Below the pieces are notes generated by a model. That model was not told where the DNA came from, made no database searches, and saw only the letters and a list, made by a program, of their open reading frames with translations. Below are positions 38,547 through 46,281 of a stretch of 64,000 nucleotides of DNA, piece by piece; positions within the stretch are counted from its first letter, which is position 1, and every line of letters begins with the position of its first letter. A program made the translations under genes and the position numbers. The stretch is from Candidatus Latescibacterota bacterium (GTDB lineage Bacteria; Latescibacterota; UBA2968; UBA8231). The stretch lies in the NCBI GenBank assembly GCA_965204725.1, contig OZ242005.1, positions 3,552,001 to 3,616,000 of the forward strand, given 5' to 3'.

Positions 38547-39794
38547 TCAATAGGGAGTAAAGAAGTAGGTTAGCTGGGGGAACAGCCCGGCCGTTGCCAA
38601 GAGCGTACCCAACGCCAAGACGGCCAAAATAAGGGCCTTGCCGGCGTCTTGGCCCTTGAGAGTGCCCAGCATCCGCGGCTCACCGGATAGATAGGCACTG
38701 GCGGCGTAGAGCTCTTCGCCGAGCAGTGTATAGTCGCAGGTAGTAATGAAGAACGGCAACTGGGTGAAGGCGTCGGTGCCGGCGATCTGGATCGCCCCAG
38801 TAGTAGAACCTGTCTCGGCCAACAGCAGGGACTCGGCGTAGAAATATCCCATCATAATGTGGGCGGCTGGCCGGTCGCGGAGCATGAGGCCCTCGACAGC
38901 GGCTGCATAGCTAAACTGCTCGGCCCCGGCGATGAAGACGTGATCGGGGTTGAAGGCATCGGGCCGCCCCGCCTCGATGTACGAGGCTTTCACCGTCTCC
39001 TGACTCACGGACATGACCACTGGATCGGGCGCGACCACCCGCAGCGCGGTGTCGTATTCGGCCGTGCGCCGCGCGACCCGCCCCAAGATGTTGACCGCGG
39101 CAATGGTCGAAATCTGGCTCATGTCGCGCAGGCCGTGGATGAAAAGCACCGGCTTGCCCATCTCGGTCGCCCGCCCCAACGCTTCGTCAAGGGCTTCTAG
39201 CCCGGCAATGCGGCGAATTTTGAGTTCGCGGCGACGCGCAATGCCAATGTAGCCCATGATAAGCCCTGAAAACAGGAGGCATAACACCAGATTATTGGCC
39301 TTGGCGCGATTGAAGAAATTGCCGGCCGACTCGGCTTGGACGATCACTTTGCCGCGGATCGCGCCCCCGGCCGACCGCACATCCACGTGAAAGTAGTACG
39401 TCTTGCCGTCTTCCAACGGGGTCTTTCCGCCCGCGCCCGCAAATTCTTCGACGTTGACGTAATGGCGATTCGCTAGCTCGTCCCCGTGCCCAAAGAGCGC
39501 CGGGGCCTCGGCCATCAAATTCTCCGTGGCCGCGACCTCGGCCGCGACGCGAAAAGGCCCGTTGGGCGAGTCGGCGATAGCTACCTGATAAATCGCGTTT
39601 TCACTGATTTGACGGTCCCGCGGCCAAGTCAGGGTAATACTGCCCCCGTCGTCGTTGGGGGTGTCAAAGGCTTGGACCTCAATCGGCGGCTTAGGGTGGG
39701 CCAGCAGTGTGCCCAGCCCTTGTTCTGCATTTTCCGCCGCGCTCGCCAACGGCCAAGCCAAGACGAGTGTAGATAGCCAGCTTTTTGCGCTCAT
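38547..39794 (-). CDS. FN3-like domain plus DUF6754-type membrane protein
   Basis: Signal peptide; FN3-like AFDTPNDDGGSITLTW...GKTYYFHV; TM; IRRIAGLEALDEALGRATEMGKP, FYAESLLLAETG, AIQIAGT..QLPFF...CDYTLLGEELYAASAYLS; C-terminal TM. Family name recalled, not searched. Confidence 0.8.
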   Translation of the reverse strand: MSAKSWLSTLVLAWPLASAAENAEQGLGTLLAHPKPPIEVQAFDTPNDDGGSITLTWPRDRQISENAIYQVAIADSPNGPFRVAAEVAATENLMAEAPALFGHGDELANRHYVNVEEFAGAGGKTPLEDGKTYYFHVDVRSAGGAIRGKVIVQAESAGNFFNRAKANNLVLCLLFSGLIMGYIGIARRRELKIRRIAGLEALDEALGRATEMGKPVLFIHGLRDMSQISTIAAVNILGRVARRTAEYDTALRVVAPDPVVMSVSQETVKASYIEAGRPDAFNPDHVFIAGAEQFSYAAAVEGLMLRDRPAAHIMMGYFYAESLLLAETGSTTGAIQIAGTDAFTQLPFFITTCDYTLLGEELYAASAYLSGEPRMLGTLKGQDAGKALILAVLALGTLLATAGLFPQLTYFFTPY

Positions 39795-39798
39795 GCCT

Positions 39799-40914
39799 TT
39801 ATCCTTCAATCAACTCCACATTCGCCCGCGGGACTACGGCCTGCTCTCCGCCTTCAAACTCGACAGCCAACACCCGCACCCGCGCCCCGGACTCTACCTC
39901 GCACAACTCGGTCGGCAAGTCTCTGACGCGCCCAACCCGCCCAAAATAGGGCATCCGAATCACGCGCAACAAATCGCCCACCTGCAACCCGGTCTCGCCC
40001 GGCCGCCCCTCTTCTTCCCCTGTGTCAGCGGCTGCGGGGATGATGATTTCCGGCCGCAACACGCCGGCGCGAATCTGAGTCGCGCCGGCCATAGACGCAT
40101 CCATGCCAGCACACGCTTGTAGAATGTCAAAGGGCTTGCGGGCCATGGCGACGCGGCCAAAGCCCTCGGTCGCTACCACGGTCAGGCCGATTTGCTCGGT
40201 CCCGGTGATGGCCACGCCCAAGTCGCGCCCGAGCAGGTCTCGTAGGTCGCGGTCGCGCAGGCCGCCGCCAATCAACCCCACGGCCCCGGCCTGCCGGGCC
40301 TGTTCTACGGTCTCCGCGCTAATCAGGCTGCCGACCACTGCGATCTTGCCCGCCACTTCGGGACCCAGCGGCCCGACGAGGGCGTCCGGGGCATCAACCG
40401 CCAAGTGCAGCGCACCCCAGCACTCACCCCCCACGCCGAAAATGCCTTGGATATACGCACCGCACGCTGCGACGCGCACTCCCTCCGCGGCAAAGACCTC
40501 CTCTACGACCCCATCGACGTACGCCAGCACTTCAACCGGCTTAGGTGCTTGGCGCAAAATCACCTGCCCCGTAACCGGCGAAATGCTTTCGACCGTGCCG
40601 CGGACCGGGGATTCAATGGTGGTCTTGAACCACCGAATAAACGGCTTGGTCGCGGCGAGCGGCTCGCCGGCTTCGACTCGGTCGCCTTCTTTTTTGAGCA
40701 TGTAGCCGGATAGTTCGCGCGGCGCGATGCCCAAGCGGTTGACCAAGTTGAGAGTCGCCACCTCGCCCGGCAGTTCGGTGCGCGCCACGACTTGGTCGCG
40801 GCGCACCGCTTGGCCGCGCTCGACGACCACTTCGCCTTTGAGGGGCAACCGCCGCTCTTTGTGGACGACTGCGCGTTGCGTCACGCGCAGCCCAGGGGTA
40901 TAAGCGTGGGCCAT
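39799..40914 (-). CDS. Uncharacterised cytoplasmic protein with barrel-sandwich-hybrid repeats and a C-terminal KOW/SH3-like domain
   Basis: VVERGQAVRRDQVVA and LKKEGDRVEAGEPLA...SPVRGTV hybrid motifs; QGIFGVGGE; TEGFG..M; TQIRAGV.RPEII; LQVGDLLRVIRMPYFGRVGRV. Confidence 0.8.
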   Translation of the reverse strand: MAHAYTPGLRVTQRAVVHKERRLPLKGEVVVERGQAVRRDQVVARTELPGEVATLNLVNRLGIAPRELSGYMLKKEGDRVEAGEPLAATKPFIRWFKTTIESPVRGTVESISPVTGQVILRQAPKPVEVLAYVDGVVEEVFAAEGVRVAACGAYIQGIFGVGGECWGALHLAVDAPDALVGPLGPEVAGKIAVVGSLISAETVEQARQAGAVGLIGGGLRDRDLRDLLGRDLGVAITGTEQIGLTVVATEGFGRVAMARKPFDILQACAGMDASMAGATQIRAGVLRPEIIIPAAADTGEEEGRPGETGLQVGDLLRVIRMPYFGRVGRVRDLPTELCEVESGARVRVLAVEFEGGEQAVVPRANVELIEG

Positions 40915-40917
40915 GAG

Positions 40918-42699
40918 TTACTCGTATAGGTTTAACGCCCGCTGCCAGTCGCTTATCTGACGCCGGCGGTCGCGGTCAGTCGCCATGTCTATGGGTCGCC
41001 CGCGACCATCGAGCACGAGCCCTACGGCCCCACCGCGCACCCGCGCATTGAGCGCGTGGCCCGGGCCGGCACCCACATCCCACCGCCGCGCCGGCTGGAG
41101 TGCGATTTCGACCTCCTCGCCGTCGGCCAAGGGCAGCCACTGTAGCTCGCCGACCTCCAACTGGCCGGTTCGCCGCCCGCTGGGCAGGTCTAGTTCGTAT
41201 TGGAGGCACACCTCGCCGCCCTTGCCCGCGCCGACCGGGGCCACACACGTACCCAAGTAGATCAGGCAATCGCGCTCAAAAACCTCGGTGGCAGCCCGCT
41301 CGTCAACGGTCGAGAGCACCCCCAAGTGAGGCATCATAAAGATGCTATCGACCGCCAAGCGGGTGACGCCTTCGGGCTGGAAGGCATCTATGAGCATGGC
41401 GCAACTCTGCGCTCGGCGGGGCGCGTGCGAGAGTACGCCGCCGCTGCCGACTAGCATGTCCAGCGTCATCATCTCGACTAAACTCTCGCCGGTGGCACCC
41501 TGCTCAAAGACATCGGCCAGCGTGCGCTTGCTCTGCACCCCCTTTAATCCCACCGCCAACGCCCGGTGCTGGTCAAAGGCCAAGCGCAGGGCCTCGCGGG
41601 CAATGGCTTGCTCGACTTGCAGTTCCTGCATGAGCTGCGGGATGGTCGTCGGGCGGATCATCTTGTTTTTGATCCGGTCGCGGAGGTCGGCCTCCTCAAT
41701 GTCAAAGGGAACCCAGCGCATGATCTGGTCGAGGCCAGCCTCGGCCAGCACGTTGGCGACGCTATAGGACATGCCGAGGTTGGCGCTGACCGTGCGGTTG
41801 AACACGCCATCGAAAACGCTGAACACATCGGTCGTCGCTCCGCCAATATCTACGCCGACGACGTTGATTTCCTGCTGACGGGCAATGGTCTGCATGATCT
41901 GGCCTACGGCCCCGGGCGTGGGCATAATCGGCGCGCTGGTCCAGCCCATCAGCTTGCGGTAGCCCGGGGCCTGCGCCATGACGTGGTCGAGGAAGAGGTC
42001 GTGAATGACGTGCCGCGCCGGGTCCAGATTTTCCCTTTCGAGCACGGGGCGGATGTTCTCGGTAACGGTCAGGGCCATCTTGCCCCCTAGTGCTTTTTCG
42101 ACCTCCTCGCGTGCGTCTTTGTTACCCGCAAAAATAACCGGCAGCTTAAAGCCCGCGCCAAAGCGGGGCTTGGGGTCGGCCGCGCTGATGAATTCGGCCA
42201 ATTCGACCACGTGGCTGACCGTACCGCCATCCGTGCCGCCCGACAGCAGCACCATGTCGGGGCGCAACTGGCGGATGCGTTCTATTTTTTCGTGCGGCAA
42301 GCGCCCGTCGTTGGCCGCGAGCGCGTCCATGACGATGGCCCCGGCGCCCAAGGCGCAGCGCTGCGCGCTCTCGCCGGTCATCGCCAGCACCACGCCGGCC
42401 ACCACCATCTGCAACCCGCCGCCCGCACTGCTCGTCGAGATGTACATATCGGCCCCGACATCGCCAGCGGCTGGGGCAATAATCCGCTCGCCATCGAGAA
42501 TTTGCCGCCCGGACAGTTCCTCGACCTCTTGAATGGCGTTGAGCACCCCCCGGGTGACGTCCTCAAAGGGGGCCTCAACCGTGGTGGGGGCCTCGCCGCG
42601 AAAGGTCTGGCGATACCCCTCGTCCTTCTTTTCGATGAGGATCGCCTTCGTCGTCGTACTGCCGCAGTCCGTGGCGATAACTACGTTGAGGTCATCCAT
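40918..42699 (-). CDS. GlmL/MutL(glutamate mutase reactivase)-like ASKHA ATPase with a C-terminal extension
   Basis: Phosphate-1 ATDCGSTTTKA, SSAGGGL, SGGTDGG, PTPGAV, phosphate-2 VDIGGATTDVFS, RTVSANLGMSYS, adenosine GSGGVL. Confidence 0.88.
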   Translation of the reverse strand: MDDLNVVIATDCGSTTTKAILIEKKDEGYRQTFRGEAPTTVEAPFEDVTRGVLNAIQEVEELSGRQILDGERIIAPAAGDVGADMYISTSSAGGGLQMVVAGVVLAMTGESAQRCALGAGAIVMDALAANDGRLPHEKIERIRQLRPDMVLLSGGTDGGTVSHVVELAEFISAADPKPRFGAGFKLPVIFAGNKDAREEVEKALGGKMALTVTENIRPVLERENLDPARHVIHDLFLDHVMAQAPGYRKLMGWTSAPIMPTPGAVGQIMQTIARQQEINVVGVDIGGATTDVFSVFDGVFNRTVSANLGMSYSVANVLAEAGLDQIMRWVPFDIEEADLRDRIKNKMIRPTTIPQLMQELQVEQAIAREALRLAFDQHRALAVGLKGVQSKRTLADVFEQGATGESLVEMMTLDMLVGSGGVLSHAPRRAQSCAMLIDAFQPEGVTRLAVDSIFMMPHLGVLSTVDERAATEVFERDCLIYLGTCVAPVGAGKGGEVCLQYELDLPSGRRTGQLEVGELQWLPLADGEEVEIALQPARRWDVGAGPGHALNARVRGGAVGLVLDGRGRPIDMATDRDRRRQISDWQRALNLYE

Positions 42700-43027
42700 G
42701 CTTTTGGCTTTCGCGCTGGGCAATGGCCTCTGCGAGCAAGTCTATGCACTGGCGGCGCTCCAACATGCGCGTAAAGCGCTGGTACTCGGTGCGCGAAAAA
42801 ACCAGCGTGGCAAACGGGGCCAAAAAGGCCAAGGCTTGGCTCCCCAAAAAGTTGAGCGGGCGACAGGCCTCCAGCGCCATGGCCGCAGCCGCTCCCATGC
42901 GGCGACTCACTATAAACTCGGCCAGCCGCTCGACGAGGGCGCGCTCGTCTTCAGACCAACCCGCCGCGGGGTCTTCGAGGGCAAAGGCGTGCCGCCACTG
43001 CGCTTTTAAGTTATTGAATCGGAACAT
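42692..43027 (-). CDS. Small helical hypothetical protein
   Basis: 111 aa; overlaps both neighbours; LE..RPLNFLGSQ and LERR motifs. Confidence 0.75.
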   Translation of the reverse strand: MFRFNNLKAQWRHAFALEDPAAGWSEDERALVERLAEFIVSRRMGAAAAMALEACRPLNFLGSQALAFLAPFATLVFSRTEYQRFTRMLERRQCIDLLAEAIAQRESQKHG

Positions 43028-43427
43028 GGCACCGGACGAAACGCGCAACTTCTTCGCGGTTTTGATCGAAGCGCAAAAAAACGCCGCGAAAGGAATCGAG
43101 CCGACCCGGGCGGGCGGATGGACGCAAAAAAATGCCGTCTCGCTGTTCGTCAGCCCGGCGGAACTCCACCCAAAAACGGCGTTGTTTGAGGCCGAGGTGT
43201 TCGCTACGGATCCCTTCGCTGTTGAGTACGTAGCGCGTGGGAAAGAAATAGCGCGACAGCGAGGCGGTCAATGCTCCGAGTGAAAATAGTCCGTAAAACC
43301 AATGCTCAAAACCAACGGCCGCTGCCGCTGAGGAAGCGACGATCAGCGCGACCAACAGCATTGACTTGGCCGGCTTCTCTCGGCGCAGGGGGAGGCTCTC
43401 CCAGCGGAGGGTGTCTGCACAGGACAC
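43011..43427 (-). CDS. Small 2-TM protein with a basic soluble (PH-like) domain
   Basis: Two TM segments, then YFFPTRY...W.EFRR...LDSFRGV.LRF; 6-bp gap after the binding-protein gene. Confidence 0.75.
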   Translation of the reverse strand: MSCADTLRWESLPLRREKPAKSMLLVALIVASSAAAAVGFEHWFYGLFSLGALTASLSRYFFPTRYVLNSEGIRSEHLGLKQRRFWVEFRRADEQRDGIFLRPSARPGRLDSFRGVFLRFDQNREEVARFVRCHVPIQ

Positions 43428-43433
43428 GAGCTG

Positions 43434-45269
43434 CTAGTACATCTGCTCTTCCTGCGCGACCCACCAGTCTTGCAAGCGGACGCCGGGGGGATACCAAGTG
43501 ATGCCGCTGAAGCGGCGGCTGTAGGCTTGGGGCGAGCGCGGCTTCCACATGAAGGTGTATGGCTGTTCCTCGTGCAGGATTTCTTGAAAGCGGCGGTAGA
43601 GCGCGATGCGCTTGTCCGCGTCGAACTCGCGGCGATAGGACTCCAAGATGTGGTCCACTTCGTCGTTGATAAAGACTACGTGGTTGGAGCCGTTCTCTAC
43701 GGCTTGGGAGGAATGCCAGATCTGGTAGCCATCGGGCGCAAAGCGCAAACTGCCGGTCCAAGCCAGCACCGTGGCGTCGAAGTTTTTGCGCCTGATCCTT
43801 TGCAGAAAGATCGACCAGTCCAATTCGCGCACTCGGCAGTCAATGCCGATGTCTTGCAGCTCGTATTGGACCGTTAGGGCGATGTCTTTGCGGATCTGGT
43901 TGCCCGAATTGACCAAGATCTCAAAGCGAAACGGCACCAACTCCTCATCGATGACCTTGTCGAGGATGCCGTCCTCGTCGGCGTCTGCCCAGCCCGCCTC
44001 CGCGAGCAGGTCGAGGGCGCGGTCGGGGTCGTAGGGGTACGGCGCGAGGTCGTGGTTGTATTCGGGGCGGAATTTGTGAATCGGCCCCTCTACCGCCTCG
44101 GCCAAGCCGAACATGATGTTCTCCACCATGCCCTCGCGGTCCGTCAAATAGGTCATGGCTTGGCGCACCCGCTTATCGCCGAAAATCGGGTGGTTGTTGT
44201 TCCACCCGATGTACACATAGCCGCTGGAGTAGCTAACCCCTTTGAGGAAGCGGCGGTTAAAGTCGTCGGACCAGCTCTTTTCCCTGAATTCCAGCGGGCG
44301 CAAGCTGTGGTAATCGAGGTGGCCGTTGGTCAACTCAATGAACGCCGCGTCGGTGTTGTTGATGATCTTAAAAACCACCTTATCGACAAACCCGGGCGGC
44401 AGCAGCCCTTCGACATCCCGGCCCCAGTAGTTTGCATTCCGCGTCAGCACGACTTTCTGCTGAGTGACCAAATCGCGCTCTGGGTCTTCAATCCGGTACG
44501 GCCCCGACCCGAGGGCCTGGCGATTGAAGTTTTGGTTGAACTGCTCGGCAAAGCGCTGGACCCGGTCCTTGTGAGGCCCCGCCTCCCAAGAGCCATCCAC
44601 CAAGCTGGTGAGCTCGACCGGGTCCATCAGCCCCTCCGGGTCGTAGAAGTGTTTGGGCAGGATGGAAAAGCCGCCCAAGATCAAGTCGTTGCGGAAATAC
44701 GGCTCGCGGCAAAGGAAGCGAATTTTGTTGGTCTCTACGATCTGCACGTCGCGGACGGTGGCGTAGTAGTTGCGCAGGTGCGGAGCGAGTACTTGGGGAT
44801 TGTGGATGACCTTCATGCTGAAGACGACGTCCGCGGCCGTCAGCGGCTTGCCGTCTGAGAAGTAAACCCCATCGCGCAACTCAAACGTGTACGCGAGTTT
44901 GTCCGCGGAAACCTTCGGGTACTCTTTGGCGATCTGACCCCGCAGGTTGTACGGCGGATCGTGCTCGGCGTCGAGCAGGCCCTCAAAGATATGCTCCAGC
45001 ACCCTACTGGTGCCGGCATCGCTGGAGGTGTACGGGTTGAGTCTTTCGGGGTCGGACAGCAGATGGCGCACCATCCAGTCGCCGTGGGTGGGCTCGTCTT
45101 CCCCCTCGTAGCGCAGGGGTGCCTTCTCAGTGCCGTCGAGTACGACAATATCCTTGGTACTCATGAGGATTTTCTGCACCACCTCCCACGCCCCTTCCTC
45201 AGCGGCGGCATGGCCGACGACGCAAAGGGCCAACCAAGCGGCCACTACGGACATTCTACACTTAGGCAT
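43434..45269 (-). CDS. Family 5 (peptide/nickel) ABC substrate-binding protein
   Basis: DPERLNP, YTFELRDGVYFSDGKPLTAADV, GSGPY, YIGWN...DKRVRQAM, YDPDRA..LL.EAGW, QEILHEEQPY; SD AAGGAG. Confidence 0.93.
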   Translation of the reverse strand: MPKCRMSVVAAWLALCVVGHAAAEEGAWEVVQKILMSTKDIVVLDGTEKAPLRYEGEDEPTHGDWMVRHLLSDPERLNPYTSSDAGTSRVLEHIFEGLLDAEHDPPYNLRGQIAKEYPKVSADKLAYTFELRDGVYFSDGKPLTAADVVFSMKVIHNPQVLAPHLRNYYATVRDVQIVETNKIRFLCREPYFRNDLILGGFSILPKHFYDPEGLMDPVELTSLVDGSWEAGPHKDRVQRFAEQFNQNFNRQALGSGPYRIEDPERDLVTQQKVVLTRNANYWGRDVEGLLPPGFVDKVVFKIINNTDAAFIELTNGHLDYHSLRPLEFREKSWSDDFNRRFLKGVSYSSGYVYIGWNNNHPIFGDKRVRQAMTYLTDREGMVENIMFGLAEAVEGPIHKFRPEYNHDLAPYPYDPDRALDLLAEAGWADADEDGILDKVIDEELVPFRFEILVNSGNQIRKDIALTVQYELQDIGIDCRVRELDWSIFLQRIRRKNFDATVLAWTGSLRFAPDGYQIWHSSQAVENGSNHVVFINDEVDHILESYRREFDADKRIALYRRFQEILHEEQPYTFMWKPRSPQAYSRRFSGITWYPPGVRLQDWWVAQEEQMY

Positions 45270-45279
45270 ATTCTCTCCT

Positions 45280-46200
45280 TCACACAAACGTCAACCATCC
45301 GTGCCGATCCTCAACTTCGACGCGAACCACGGCGAAAAAGCCCTTTTGGATCTGCGCGGTGATCGGCCCGCACTTGCCGCAGCCGATCGGCACTTGGTCT
45401 ATGGCGCGGATCGGCGTGATTTCGGCCGCCGTACCCGTGAAAAATACCTCGTCGGCGATGTAGAGGAACTCGCGCGGAATTCCGCGTTGCTCGACCCGCA
45501 TCCCCAGATCGCGGATCAGGGTAATGGCGGTGTGGCGGGTGACCCCCGGCAGGATGGCAAAATTAGACGCGGGGGTATAGATCGAGCCGTTTTTGATCAC
45601 AAAGAGGTTCTCGCCGCTGCCCTCGCTGACCAATCCATCCGTTCCCAAGACAATGCCCTCGTCGTAGCCGTTCATATTGGCTTCAATCCGCACGAGCTGG
45701 GAGTTGAGGTAGTTGCCGCCGGCCTTGGCCAAGGCCGGAAACGTATTCGGTGCCATGCGATTCCACGACGAGGTGCAGACCGAAACGCCGTTTTTGAGCG
45801 CGGCCTCGCCGAGGTACTCTCCCCACTCCCAAACGGCGATTACTACGTCAACCGGGCACTCCATCGGATCAACTCCGAGGTTGTCGTAGCCGCGGAAGAC
45901 GACCGGGCGGATGTAGCAAGCCGCGAGTTGATTGACGCGGATCGTCTCGAGGATGGCCTCGCTGATTTCCGCTGGCGTATAGGGAATTTCCATGCGGTAG
46001 ATCTTGGCGGAGTCAAACAGCCTGTTGACGTGCTCGTCGAGGCGGAATACGGCCGAGCCTTTCGCCGTCTTATAACAGCGAATGCCTTCAAAGACGCTCG
46101 ATCCGTAGTGTACTACATGGGAGAGCACGTGGATCTTGGCGTCATCCCAATCGACCAATTGGCCATTGAACCAAATTTTATCGCATTTGGGTAGGGGCAT
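45280..46200 (-). CDS. ilvE: Branched-chain amino acid aminotransferase
   Basis: [53 protein letters not shown]. Confidence 0.97.
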   Translation of the reverse strand: MPLPKCDKIWFNGQLVDWDDAKIHVLSHVVHYGSSVFEGIRCYKTAKGSAVFRLDEHVNRLFDSAKIYRMEIPYTPAEISEAILETIRVNQLAACYIRPVVFRGYDNLGVDPMECPVDVVIAVWEWGEYLGEAALKNGVSVCTSSWNRMAPNTFPALAKAGGNYLNSQLVRIEANMNGYDEGIVLGTDGLVSEGSGENLFVIKNGSIYTPASNFAILPGVTRHTAITLIRDLGMRVEQRGIPREFLYIADEVFFTGTAAEITPIRAIDQVPIGCGKCGPITAQIQKGFFAVVRVEVEDRHGWLTFV

Positions 46201-46281
46201 GCAGAACATCTCCTTGGGCAAGTATGCGAGTAATTAAGGTAACACCACTGCGAAATCGTTACCAGTGTTAAGGTTAAGCTA

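Noticed and set aside
40918-42699. DNA mismatch-repair MutL, or a glutamate-fermentation (methylaspartate) locus
   Set aside because: The motifs are ASKHA, not GHKL (the name overlap is historical), and no mutase subunits or methylaspartate ammonia-lyase are in the window.
45130-46194. 354-aa plus-strand ORF
   Set aside because: Antisense shadow of ilvE.
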